64,000 nt of DNA, from contig LSRY02000046.1 of NCBI GenBank assembly GCA_001643675.2, forward strand, positions 434,001 to 498,000. Reading direction: 5' to 3'. Made by a program: the position numbers and the translations under genes. Below are positions 51,501 to 64,000 of this stretch, piece by piece (positions within the stretch are counted from its first letter, which is position 1; each line of letters starts with the position of its first letter). The DNA comes from Monocercomonoides exilis PA203. Its lineage: Eukaryota > Protista > Preaxostyla. The notes beneath the pieces were generated by a model. The model was not told the DNA's origin. It saw nothing but the letters and a program-made list of their open reading frames with translations, and searched no databases.

Positions 51501-52806
51501 AACTGAATTTCTCATTTGACTTACAATCGCTTTGAGATTTGCTAGATTTTTTCTCTTTATCAAGTTCCTCTTCACATTCTTTTCTTTTGGGACCCTTAAT
51601 CTCCTTATCAAATCCAAAAGACATTTTTTCTTTTTTCTTTGAAAGAACTTTGCGATCTCCAAGTTCTGACTGCAAAAGAGGTGTTAAAACATCCATTGAA
51701 TCGACAGAGCCTGAAATATGCAGCAGCTTCCAAGGAAGAACAGGAAGAAGCAGATCAGAAGAAGCGAAAGAAAAGGAAGAAGATGACGCTGATGACGATG
51801 AAAGTGTGGTTAAATGAGTCTGAAGAGGACCATTCGAAGAAGTTGGGATATCAGTTGCTTGTGTTTCATTGCATTCTAAATCTCTTTCTCTTTCCCAACT
51901 AACTCCAGCTTCTTCGATACGTTCGTTTTCTTCCTCATCTTTCTCAAGCAAAGAAGAGCAGAATTCATTTACAGCATTATTGTCTTCTTGCAAGCACACC
52001 ACACGGTCCATGCAATCAGCGTAAAGATTTGATATTTGCTGGCCAGAAGGAACACTATTGCGCTCAATGGAAGGAAGTGAAGGCTTATACAGAAACCTCC
52101 CAGGCTCCATCTTAACTTTGATTCCGTTAAGTTGAACAGCAAAGAAAGGCAACTGAGTTAAAAAAAAAGTAGAAGAAAGAAGAAAAAGGAGTTCAAAAAT
52201 AAATTAATGATATAAAAGATTAAAAATGGGTCAAATATCCAAAATAAATATTGAGAATTATTTTATTTCTCAAAATCTTAATTAAAATAAAGCATTCATC
52301 TTAAAAATTCTTAAAATCCGATCGTTTTCATTGCTCATAATTTCAAATCAACATTACAATTTCAAAACATCCAAAATTTTAATTACCAAAAAATAAAAAT
52401 GTGCACATCCATTCACTCAGATTCCAACTCAAACAACCACAAATAATCACAAAAAAGAGCCTTTCACACACACCTCAGTCATATTCTTCGTCCTCTTCAT
52501 AAGGGGCACCTCCTCCTCCGTCGCTATTTTGTTTGCCAAGTTCAGCAGCTGCCTCTTCCAATGCTCTTTTGCAGCAGTCCCAGGCAGCTTGATAGGAGGC
52601 GATTCAGACACAAGGCGATGAATGCGAGTGAGCCAGGAATAAGAAGAAGAAAGTGACAAAGACAAAGAAGGGATGTTGATGTGGATGGCGAAGGAGAACA
52701 GAGGATGATTTGATGGTGCTAATGATGAAGATGATGTTGAGGAAGTAGAAATATCAGAAGAGGAATGAAGCGAAGGAGAAGGTGATGTTGTAAATGATGA
52801 TGATTG

Positions 52807-52896
<90 letters not shown>

Positions 52897-55800
52897 AGAT
52901 GAAGAAGGAGACAATGGTTGAGGCGAAAACTGTGTTTCTGGGCATGTAACTTCTCCCCTTTGTCCTTTTGCTTTGAACAAAGATTCGTTCGCAGATAGCA
53001 GCGGAATCATCATTGGAGATATCTTTTTCTCGCTAAGCAGACGAATCTTTTCTTCATTCACCATCCTCTCAAACATTTCACTTTCGGTCATTCGTCCATT
53101 TTCATTGCTTTTCCCACTTTCATTCAATCTTGTTTTCTCTTTCTCTTTCTCTTTCATTTTGGCTTTCCCATCCTTTCCATCCTTTTTCGCCTTCCTTAGC
53201 TTGTTCAAAATGTCCTTTAGCATTTTCTGAGGAAAAGCCGAAGAAGATTTCTCTATTGCCATCTGTTTGTACACACTCAAAAACGACGAAAGCGTAGCCA
53301 GCATCGAAGTGAGTACTGAATAAAGAGAACGGCAGAGGCTGAATTCAATTGGGGTGGACGAGACGTCGAGACTGATAGACGAAGGAGCAAGTGAAAGCGG
53401 AATCTTTCGGTGTGAACTGGAGAAAGGTGAGGGAGAGGAGCAGAAGGAGGGCGAAGAAGAAGGAGACGGAGATTGAAAAGGAGAAGGAGAAGGAGTTAGT
53501 GAAGGAGAAGGAGTTAGTGATGGATGAAGTGACGGAGAATAAGAAGAAGAAGAAGGAACCATCGGAGAAGCTAAAGGAGAGCTAACAGGTGAAGGTGCTT
53601 GTATGAAGTGTGCAGATGTTTGTTCGTGTGGAGAAGAGAAAGGATGAGAAGGATGAGAAAGAAAGATGGAGGAAGCATTAGAAGAAGAAGAAGATAATGA
53701 AGAAGACGATGATGATGATGAAAGAGGTGATTGAGAACGAACTGCTGGCGAGTGATGTGAGAAAGAAGGCAAAGAAGGTGAATAAGAAAGAGTAAGTGAA
53801 GGAGAAGGCGAACGCACAATCAATGGAGACATTTTGTTTTTTCCATTCATTTCTCCTGTGAGATTAGGAGTTGTCAATGAACTGCGCAGAAAAGCTGGAG
53901 AAGAAGACGAGCAATTCTCAACAGGAATGGAAAAGCTCTTCTTCTCATTCAAAATTCTGTTTGTTATTCTCACAGCATCAGAAGAGGAGAGCTTTGGCTG
54001 TGTGTTGTTTGCAAAGAAGTCAGAAGCGACGTTCATTTGGAATGCTGAGTGCTTCAGCAGCATCTGCCAGCGATGGCGGATGGGCAGATAAACAGCAACA
54101 AACAAGCCGTCGAGAAGAACGCGAGATAAAATGAATGAAGAAGGAGAAGAGGAAGAGGAAGGAGAAGAAGAAGAAGAAGAGTAAAGTGAAGGGGTATTAA
54201 TGAAGTTAGAGAAGGAAGAAAAAGGAGAGGGAGAAGAGGGAGAAGATGGGGAGAAAGCCAACGAATGAGAATTGACAGACAAAGATGCAGAAGAAGATGA
54301 AATAGCAGAAGAATCAGTGGGCAAAGGCTGTGACAACGCTGATAAGCTCAAATGTGGTGTGGAATTCCTTTGAAGAGCTCTTGATGAATTGCTTTCAAGT
54401 GAATATTGGTCCAAAGATGATGGATTAAACTTATAATTAGTAAATTTATCTTTGTTTGAAGAAGAGAAGGAAGAAGAAGAGGAAGAAGAAGAGGAAGAGG
54501 AAAAAGAAGAAGAAGATGGTGATGGAGATAATGCATCGAAAGTTGCAGAAATAGCAGCAGAAATCGAAGTCGGCACGTCTTTGCCTTCAAAATGCACAAT
54601 GCTCAGCGGATGAGGCGTTGCATAGTTTCTGATAAGACCTTCCTTTTCTCTTTTTTCAACTAGCAAATTTTCACCAATAATTCCTCGTTTCTTCTTCTGA
54701 TTTTTCGCATTTTTCTTTTCTTCTCTTTTCCTTTTCGCTTCTTCTTTTCGCTCTCTTTCGGAAGATGAGACAGGCCCTGTGACAACAACTGGGCCGATGT
54801 GAATAACCAAAAGTGGAGCTAAATTTGCTGTTAAACTGGAATTTTGATATAAAGAAGAAGAAGAAGAAGATAATGATGATGAAGATAAAAGAGAAGAAGA
54901 GAAAGCAGAAGAAAAAGAAGAAGATGAAAGACTTCTTCCAAATATGGAGGAAATTGATGAAAGATGCGTTGAATGTCTTTCTTTTGTTTGATTGCTCTCA
55001 AATTGTTCTTTTTCTTTTTCTTTTTCTTCTTTTTTCATTTTCGCCTCCTGTTTTTTCATCTCATCAACTTTTGGATAATTCATAATTGGCATCACAATCA
55101 AAGCATCAGAAAGTTCGATCAAAACGTCCTCTTCCTTCATAAACATTATTCCACGTTGGATTTCATTCAGCAACGAAGGCAGAAAGGCTGATGATATCTC
55201 CATTTTCTTCTTCTTCTTCTTCTTCTTCTCTTCTTCTGTTCTCTTCTTGGAAAATGTCTGATTTTCATTATCATTTTTTTCACACATGTCATTTCTCTCT
55301 TTTTCACTATTCATTTGCTTGTCTTCAATCTGTTTTTTAAGCTTTGAATTTCCTGTCTCTTCCAATCCTCCGTTTTGGTGCTTCATCAAAGAATGAACAG
55401 AAGCTGATGTTTGTTCAGTCATTTCATTTCCATTTTCTTCCACAATTGTATACGAATCAAGCATTTCGCTATCCAAATTCAACGGCGATGGAGTTAATGT
55501 ATCTTCTTTGTTGTTGTTATTATTATTTGCTTTTTCACCCAAAAACTTTATGTCTTTCTGATTTTCAATTTCTGTTTCTCTAACAGTCGCTATTGCTTCG
55601 CTTCTTCCCTTTTCCTCATTCTCCCTTTTCTCAGCTTCTTTCTCTCTGTTATCATTAGCATCATCATCTTTGCTGTCATTTTCCATCTCTTTCTCGACAT
55701 TCAATGAAGAAAGCGAATAATCCAGTGTTTCAGCGACAAGACACGCTGGAAGCAGAAGATGGAATGGCTGAATGAAACACGACAGCTGGCAGCTGATTGA

Positions 55801-58800
55801 AGAATCATACACCAAATACACACGATCTGATGAATTTGAAGAAGATAAAGAGGAAGAAGAAGAAGATAACGACAATGAAGAAGAAGACGATGAATGTCTG
55901 TTCATTTCAGGAGACAGAGAAGGAGAAGCTGATGGAGCAGGAGTCATCAAAAGCCTTGGCGTAGTGGCAATGATTGGCGTAGATGCTGAGGAAGAAAGAG
56001 CAGGTGTAGCTGAAGGAGCAGGTGTGTATGGCCGCAAAGATGCTGAGAAAACCGGCGAATCAATGGAAGAATTCGCATAGCTCTTCTTTCCTCTCTCTCG
56101 GCCTCTTTTCTTGCTGGTTGAATTTTTGCTGTTAAAGTCGCTATCTTCACTCACCTCAGCCAGAACGGCCAAAAGCTTCGTTCTCCTGTGTATTTCGAGT
56201 GTGAGCGAAAGTGCAGGGCGGGAGGCTGGCAAAGGGACAGCAGAGGAAGAGAAGCAAGGAAAAGTCTGCTTCAGCTCTTCTTCGACTTCTTCTCTGTCTT
56301 CTGCATCTTCTGTGTCTTCAGATACATTCAACATGAGTCTCCCTCTTTCTTCTCCATAAGCTGAAAGGGTGGAATGCATTTTTCGATAAATTGACTGACA
56401 ATTCTTGTTGTTTTCTACCTCCACAACGCGAAATCGCTTCATTGCTCGCCTCAGCTCTTCATCGTTTGCATCTGAACTGCCAGACAAAACTTCAACTCCA
56501 TCATCATCAAAACCTTTCTCTCCTTCTTTCAATCTGTTTCCATTCAAAATCATCATCTTCCTCTTCTTTATTTCTCTTCCTTCTTTCCTTTCTTTCTCTC
56601 TTTTCCTCCTCCTCTCACTCACCAAACTCACCACTGCATTCCTCGTCAGCCCAAAACGAGGAATTGGAGTCAAAGGAGTCATCAGATCAAGACGATAAGC
56701 AGGTGATGCAAAGATCCTTTTGAGCTCTTCCTCTGCAAATGGAGATTGAATTGGCTGTGGCTGCTGCAGCTGGCTGACAAGAGGGTTGTTTGAGTTCTTA
56801 TGGAATTTCAGTCTTCTGTTCTGTTCTTTGAAGCTGAGTGAATACAAAGAGGAATAGGAGAAATAAGGAGAAAAGGGGAAAGGAGAGAAAAAGGGAGATC
56901 TAGATCTTCCGCATTCTTTCCTTTTTGAGCTGCAGATATCAAGACTTGAATGAGAAGAAGAGGAGGAAGAGGAGGAAGAGGAAGAAGAAGAGTTGAATGA
57001 AGAAAACGAAGGTTGCATATGAATTTTGCGTGAAATGGGCACTGAAAGGATGCCTTGTTGTTGATGTTGATTGTTATGAGATAAACATGAACTATCTGTT
57101 TGTTCAAGAAGAGAAGAAGAAGAAGATGATGATGATGACGATGATGACGATGATGAACGAAATTGCATTGTTTCATTGCCTTTCTCATTCTCTTCTTTTC
57201 CTTCATTGTTTTCTATGACTGTTGTTGTGGTGGTTGTAACTGTTGTTATTTGTGTGATGCGCTTAACTGCTCCTGTTTCTGATAGCTCTGTTATTGTTTC
57301 AGTCTTCGTGACTTCTTTCTTTTCTTCTTTCTTTTTCTCTTTTTCTTTCTCTTTCCCTTTTTCGTTTTCGTTTTCGTTTTCTCTTCCACTTTTGTTGTTT
57401 TGTATTAATGATTCATTTTTCTTTTCTTTTTCTTTTTCTTTTTCTTCATCCACAAATTTCATCAGCATCCTTCTTCTCTCTTCCAATTCTCGTTTTCTCC
57501 TTTCTCTTCTTCTTTCTTTCCATTTCTTCTCCTTTTTGTGAATTTCCTCGTAATTCGGCTGCTGCAGAGGAAGAGATGTTGGCCAAAGAAAGACGACTCC
57601 ACTTTGGCCAATGAAAAGAGGAGGAGAAGAATTCTTGGCTTCTTTTAAAGATGAAGAAGAGGAATTTGAAGAAGAAGAAGATGATGACGATGAAGAAGTG
57701 ATATTTGAAATCAGCTCGTCCATTTTTGCTTTAGCGCTTCTTATTTCCTTTTCATTCTCCACACTTTCATCAGTTGTTTCTTCATAACAATCAGATGAAT
57801 TTTTGCTTGTAATTTTATTTCCATTCTCGTCAAATTCATCATCCTCTTCTTCCTCTTCTTCCTCTTCCTCTTCTTCTTCATTTCTTTCATCATCTTCTTC
57901 TCCTCTTCCTCTCTTCATCTCTCTCAACATCGCTTTTCTCCTCCTCTTCTCCTCCCTTTCCTCCTCTTTCCTCTGCTTCTGCATCTCCTTCCTTCTTGTC
58001 CGAATAATCGAATTTGTCAAAGTCGGCCTCACAGAAGGCACAAGGCAGGCATTTGGATGCAGCTCATCTTCAGCACTTTCAAAGAGAAAGTCTGCAGAAT
58101 ACACAAAAGACATCAACCTCTCCTTCAGCTCAGCCATCAGCCGTGCATCTGAAGACTCGCTGATTAATTCAGGTGGAATGCCAAGCTTTGCTCGTAGCTG
58201 CTTTATTCGCTCGTTTCGAGGGAGAGAATCTTTGAAAAGCAAATAAGAAGTGGAAGAAGCAGAGGAGGAAGAAGATGATGACGAAGACGATGATGATGAA
58301 GGCTGAAAAGAAAGAGAAGAAGCAGAATTTTCTGAATATTCTATCTGATTTGTATTTAAACTCATGTTATTTGAAGAAGAAGCAGAAGCAGAAGAAGCCA
58401 ATGAAGTTGTAAGAACAGTAACATAACTATCTTCCTCTTCACCCCCACTTCTGTTGTTGTCTTCCATTCTTTCTCCTTCTCTGCTTCTTTCCTTCGGCAG
58501 CTCCACAACATAAGTCGGAAGCACAACACACCCGTCCTTCGCTTTGTTCTTGTTCCACGTGGCAAATGAGCTTTCGCTCTCCCACAGCTCCATATTCATT
58601 TTTTCCCTCTCTTCCTCTTTCTCCTTCTCCTCCAGCAGCACCCTCAGCTCTACTGCGTCCTTGTACCTTCTCTTCATCGCTTCGCATTTCTTTGCAAAGT
58701 CTTCTCTTGTTCTTGCAGAATGCTCTACTTTGACAGACCCCACCACAAAAGACACGCCAACAGCCATCCACTCTTCGCCTGGCTGGAGACGAGGAGATGT

Positions 58801-61800
58801 TGATGGATCAAAAGCAGAAGGAGGAGGGGCACGGTGATGCTGGAAAGAGGAAGAAGAGGAAGACGGAAAAGAAGGGGAAAAGGGTGATGAGGAGGAAGAG
58901 TAGGATGAAGAATCAGAAAGGGAATATGATTGAGATGTGAGAGAGGAAGAAGAAACACTTCCAGATGAATCCTCGTTATAATCATAGAATGACTTGCTAG
59001 TTCTCAATCCATTTGCATTCTCCATAATAAATGGAATATTTCCTCCTTCTTTTGCACTTCTTTCTTTTCTTTTCTTTTCTTTGCCAATTTTCTTTTTATC
59101 TTTCTTCTGTTTTCCCATCAAATCATCCAGTTTATCTACAAAGTCGTCATCATCATCAAGCGCAATCACATCCATTGGATCAATCGATGAGAACAACAAA
59201 TGTGATTTTTCTCCTTCGTTCCCTCCACTTCCCCCATTTTTGAACATTTCTTCTTCTGCTTCGGCTTCTTCTTCTCTGCTTCCTTCTTTTCCTTTCTTTT
59301 CGCTTGCTGCTTTCTTCTTCAAATCCTTTTCACGCATTTTCAGCCATTCTGTCTCCTTCTCTCTTTCTCTTCCTCTCTCTTTCTCTCTCTCCCTCTCTTC
59401 TTCCTCTTCCTCCTTCCCCAGTTTCCCCTCTCTCGCCATCTGTGCATGCCTCAGCTGAATCCATCTTAGTCTTCTGTTTCTGAGTGAAGGAGCGTCTGTG
59501 CTTAGACAGAGAAGTGGAAGTGGATTAAACGCACGCTGCAGAATAAGCCTTGTTCGGGCAGAGGAATGTGGAAGGAGGGGGAAAGGCAAGGAATAAATGG
59601 ATGATGATGGATTCAAAGGATAAGAGGAAGAAAGCGAGGGGGGAAGAGGAGAGAAAGAGGGATGTGATGAAAGAAGATGATTTCGCGACAACGAAGAATA
59701 AAAATCATTTTTTGATGAATTTGAGCGTTTCGATTTTTTCTGGTGGAAAAGGTTGTTTATGCTTGTTGAATAAACAGTCAATGTTGAGTTGATCTGATTG
59801 AACTTTGAAGATTCTGACTGAAAACGAGGATACGATGAAGATGGCAGGCACGATGATTGAAGTAATTGGCATGTTTGTGTGGAAGATTGCCTGTTTATCG
59901 TTAATTCTCCGGTAGAATTAGGCAAATTCCACGTTTCGTCAGTCGTTTGTCTGCTGTTAATGTTCTTATTGGCTTCAATGCCATTCTCTAACTCAACTGC
60001 ATTGCTTCTGCTTTTCTTTTCTTTTTCCTCTTTTTCTTCTTCTTTTGCAATCTGATAAATGCTTTTCTCCATCTCTTCTTCTCTTTTCAGCATTTTTGCT
60101 GGTAACGAATGATTATCTTTTGTGAGGGAAACTGCCAAATGGATGTGCTGCATGTCAAATAGAACAAAAGGAGAGAAAGGAACAGAATCAAACACTTCCA
60201 ATGGAACTGAAATAGTTTGTCGAAAGCTCGCTGATGATGATGATGATAACAAAGAAGAAGAAGAAGAAGAGACTGCTTTTGAGTCTGCTTCATAAAAAGA
60301 CGATTGATGTGAATGATTAGCAACAGTTGCTGAAGACGGAAAAGTCATTGCTGAAAAGTTGAGTGGCTTGCGATGAAGCAAATGAACAGGCTGAACAGCA
60401 GACATGCTTTGAAACGAGGAGCGCTTGCGATGGTCCCAAGAAAGAGACACACGAAGTGCATTGAAAAAAATAGAAGCCGACAGAAAATTGAAAGAAAAAG
60501 TGGAAAATAACGAAGAAACAACAGAGGAAGAAGTAGAGGAAGAAGAAGTCGGCTGCAAAAGAGAACTTTCTGCTTGTTGATCAGACTCATTCTCTGTCTC
60601 TGTTTTGCATTCATTCGAATCTCCACTCTCTTCTCTTCTCTTCTCTTTCACGTCTTTTTCATCATCTGCCCTGTTTTGATGTCCATTTGCTTCATCATTT
60701 TCGCTGCCCTTTTCAATTTTTTGCATTTCATTCGCTTTCTTTCTCTTGTTTCCTGCTGCTTCCAACACATCCACAAGCTTCCCCAGCCACTTCAGCATCG
60801 TTCTGGCGGTGCGCAACGTGAGTGGAATGTTCAACGAGCCAAACAAAACACTCATCTGAATCGAAGTTATGCTGCGGAGTTGTGTGTTGTTGGTGAAGAG
60901 GAACTAAAAATTAGAGTTTTTTTAAAGGAAATGAAAATGAAAGGAAAAGAAAGAAAAGCAAAGAAATAAATAAATAAATGAAAAATGAAAAATGAAAAAT
61001 GAAAAATGAAAATAAAATGTTTATCAAATTATTTATGAAATGAAAAAAAATTAAGTTAAAACTCATAAAGTTTATTCGAAAATCAGCAAATTCTCTTTGA
61101 AAGCAAAACCACTGAAAGTTAAAAAAAAGTCTGTCATACTCTCACTTTCATTGGAAACGAAGGAATAAGTGGAATGCCTCCATCAATTGGCTCAAACAGC
61201 GGGCCGAACTGTGGCCAAAGGGAGTTTCTTCCTTCTTTTTCAGCTTCTTTCTCTTCTTCGTGTGATATTTGTCTGTATCTGAAATGTTTATGTCAATATT
61301 ACATTATTTCATTTTTTTATAAGAAATAAACAAATAAAGATAAATAAATAAATAAATGTCTATCAATATTGTGAATACCTCATCTGAACAAGCGATGCGG
61401 ATATTGAAGAGACAAGCAATTCCTTTCGATGAAATTTCTCAATTTTCCTTTGATTCCATTTTTCGGCAGTTGATATATCAGAAAGCTGATGTTATCGAAC
61501 GGGGAAATTTCATAAAACGGATAAATAATGAAACAAAAGATTTAGAATTGCAGGAAAGTTCAAAGAAAAACAATAAATAATCAAAATGCATAATTCTATT
61601 TGATTTATTTTTTCAAAATATTTTCATTTTGTTAACTTTTTGCACACATTCCAATTTGGATCAGTTGAATAAAGCCAAATATCTTTCATTTCGAAAATTA
61701 CGGCCCATGTTTTCGGAAGTGCAGTTGGAAGTTGTGAAAAACGGTTTGATGCAGGTGACGGCATTCTAACTGATATTTTGAGATTTTTTATCTCCAATCT

Positions 61801-62514
61801 AACATTTATTAAAATTTTGTTAATAAAATCGGGTAGATTGGTTGATAATAAAATCTGCTTTGATTCCTCTGTAATATCAAGAGTTTCAGATGTGCTACTG
61901 TTGTTTAATTCTTTATCTACTTTATTCTTTTGTTTTTGTTCTTTATATTCTTTTTCTTTTCTTTTCATTCGTTTTATTTCTCGTTTTTCGGTTTTCATTC
62001 TATCTTTAATCACTCTAGACAAAACTTCAGGCTTTAGAATTTCAGATTCTTCTCGAGGATCTGGTGGAGGCTCTAACGAAGCAAATGCATCAACATGCTC
62101 TATTGAGACAAGAACCGGCTCATGTTCAAATGAAGTCAAGGGAAGCTATCGATATAAAAGAAATACGTAAGTTATTTTTTATTTTCCTTTACAAACTCAA
62201 ACCCTCACAAAAATTCTGCTACATTTTGCACATTCCAAAAAAAATGGAATATTGAGAAGCTTTGTAATGTATTCACAGTTAATCTCTATTAAAAAGTTTA
62301 TTTCGGAAAAGCATTAGTGTTTAAAATTGATGTTTCAAATAATTTTAACCTGCATCCTGTATTACAGCTTTTCCAGATAAAATACTTATATCAACTGTTT
62401 TCGAATTATAATGAAGCAAAAATGGCTAATTTTTCATGAAAACAAATTAATATATAATGTTAAGCATATTATTGTGAATACTTCAAGATATTTTCCAATA
62501 AAACTCGAAATCAT
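48595..62514 (-). CDS. Giant Chorein-N bridge-like lipid transfer protein (VPS13/ATG2/BLTP3-UHRF1BP1-like), ~4,300 aa, ~8 exons
   Basis: Three small 5' exons absent from the ORF track splice to MISSFIGKYLE|PFLLHYNSKTVDISILSGKAVIQDA|EINCEYITKLLNIPFFLECAKCSRIFVR|LPLTSFEHEPVLVSIEHV...INKILINVRLEIKNLKI...IWLYSTDPNW, the Chorein_N pattern. The gene continues into the 2802-aa and 1185-aa ORFs. Confidence 0.75.
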
Positions 62515-62658
62515 AAAACTATTTCATCTAATAAATTAATATGGGACAAAAGATTTTTTGAAAAAAATCACTTTTCTGATCTTTTTGGACATCATTTTTA
62601 TAATTCTGAATAAAAAAATGTTAAGATAAAATTATTACAATATTTATTTTTGAAAATG

Positions 62659-64000
62659 TTAAAAATCTTCCAATAATTCGTCCAATAACTTTATAACTTC
62701 GATCAATGAAAGCCTTTCATTTGGCTCATCTGCCCACATCTTTTCTATCACCTCAACCAATTTTTCTTCTCCTTCAATTTCTTCTGTCAGGGGTCGCACC
62801 CCATCCCTTATCATTTCCTGCGCTTCTTCTGCATTGCATTCACTCAAAGGCACTTCCCCTATTGACATCTCATGCAGAATCAGTCCAAGTGAAAAAACAA
62901 CTGCCTTTTCAATTCCCTCATCTCCCGCTTCAGGTGCCTTCCATCGCTTCATTTCTTCCTTCTGCTTTTCATCCTCCAGTTCTTTTGTTAAAACAAATAT
63001 TTCATTTGTTTCTTCTTCAACAAAGATAGTATAAGGGCACAACTGTCTAGCCATCATTTCCACTCTTTCGTCTCCAATTGATATCAAATGCTCAAATAGT
63101 TCTGCCACTGTTTTCACGACTTCCTTCCCATCAACAACATCCATCGCTCTTGTTCCCAATGTGAAACCACCTTGCACTGAATGAATCACCAAATGAAGTG
63201 TTTTCAGATTCTTTTTCTCCTTCTCGTGAAATGGTTTCTTTGCTGATATCACATTAAATGAATGAGATTGTGAAACTCCACAAACTGAAACATCTTCAGA
63301 AAATGGCAATGGCGATTCCAAATCTGGAAGATCATTTTCATTCAGCTCTTCATTGCTCATCGAAGGAGGCTCTGGAAGATCTTCGTCGTTGTCAATGAGA
63401 AGTGGAATTTGGCTTGTCATCCCTTCCAGCAGTGTAGATGGCATGTCACTCATCTCAAAGCTCCCTCCGCTGTTTTCCCTTCTTCTCCTCTCTATCTTCC
63501 CCATAATCTGCGCGTTTTCCATTCTCTCTTTCTCAACTGTCTTTTCTGATTCTCTCAGTTTCTTTCGCAGAAGCACAACCACCACAACAAACAAACCAAC
63601 AAAAATCACCAGAACAACAATGCACCCAATAAATGCAACAACTCCCCATTCAATTTTTTCCTCTCCTTCAAACACTTTTTCATCACCTTTTTGTTCATCC
63701 TCACTTCTGTTCATCAGAATAAATGTCTGTGTTGATGAAGGAGATTCTTCATTCCCAAATAAAATACGCACACTCACCTCAACATCATTTCCACAGCTGC
63801 TGATAAGATCTTTTGCCACACTTCCTTCAACTTCTCTTTCTGACAAAAACCCACTTGAATCAAAATCGTATTTTTCAATCTCCTTCTCTTCTCCTTTTCT
63901 CCTCACAACTGAGAATAACAAATTGCATGGAATAAGAAGCGATCCTTTAAATGTCAGCTTCATTCTATTCGCCTCTTCTTTTGCTTCCACACTCTCCAAT
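62659..64000 (-). CDS. Single-pass receptor with TKL-like pseudokinase C-lobe; 5' end outside the window
   Basis: TM WGVVAFIGCIVVLVIFVGLFVVVVVLL-RKK; RWKAPE, VFSLGLILHEM...VP, MW.DEPNERLS; no HRD, DFG or VAVK motif. Confidence 0.8.
   Translation of the reverse strand, partial: LESVEAKEEANRMKLTFKGSLLIPCNLLFSVVRRKGEEKEIEKYDFDSSGFLSEREVEGSVAKDLISSCGNDVEVSVRILFGNEESPSSTQTFILMNRSEDEQKGDEKVFEGEEKIEWGVVAFIGCIVVLVIFVGLFVVVVVLLRKKLRESEKTVEKERMENAQIMGKIERRRRENSGGSFEMSDMPSTLLEGMTSQIPLLIDNDEDLPEPPSMSNEELNENDLPDLESPLPFSEDVSVCGVSQSHSFNVISAKKPFHEKEKKNLKTLHLVIHSVQGGFTLGTRAMDVVDGKEVVKTVAELFEHLISIGDERVEMMARQLCPYTIFVEEETNEIFVLTKELEDEKQKEEMKRWKAPEAGDEGIEKAVVFSLGLILHEMSIGEVPLSECNAEEAQEMIRDGVRPLTEEIEGEEKLVEVIEKMWADEPNERLSLIEVIKLLDELLEDF

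Overview
AT-rich, intron-containing eukaryotic DNA in the standard genetic code. Gene families, short GT-AG introns and poly-Ser/poly-Glu tracts suggest an oxymonad/metamonad such as Monocercomonoides (inference, not verified). Apparently intact host genes: a multi-exon prominin/tweety-like membrane protein (partial), an R3H-domain protein, a divergent importin-alpha-like ARM protein, a lineage-specific helical family gene, a kelch + Cys-rich + multi-TM surface protein, a ~4,300-aa Chorein-N (VPS13/BLTP3-like) lipid-bridge protein, and a receptor pseudokinase (partial). The middle (11.6-47 kb) is a nest of DNA transposons whose ends and target-site duplications (TSDs) can be read directly. These are: a 14.7-kb hAT element with a decayed transposase and host-gene cargo, a 3.6-kb non-autonomous Pack-hAT, a 4-bp-TSD family (four ~240-bp MITEs plus a 5.8-kb cargo element) whose conserved motif sits at a fixed distance from variable termini, a 1.1-kb long-TIR element disrupting a gene, and a Harbinger/ISL2EU-type transposase with a broken catalytic triad. 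The best candidates for novelty are a 91-nt non-tRNA Pol III-type small RNA with vault/Y-RNA-like architecture (36700-36797) and the cargo-carrying transposons that share homologous internal DNA behind the ends of two different families.
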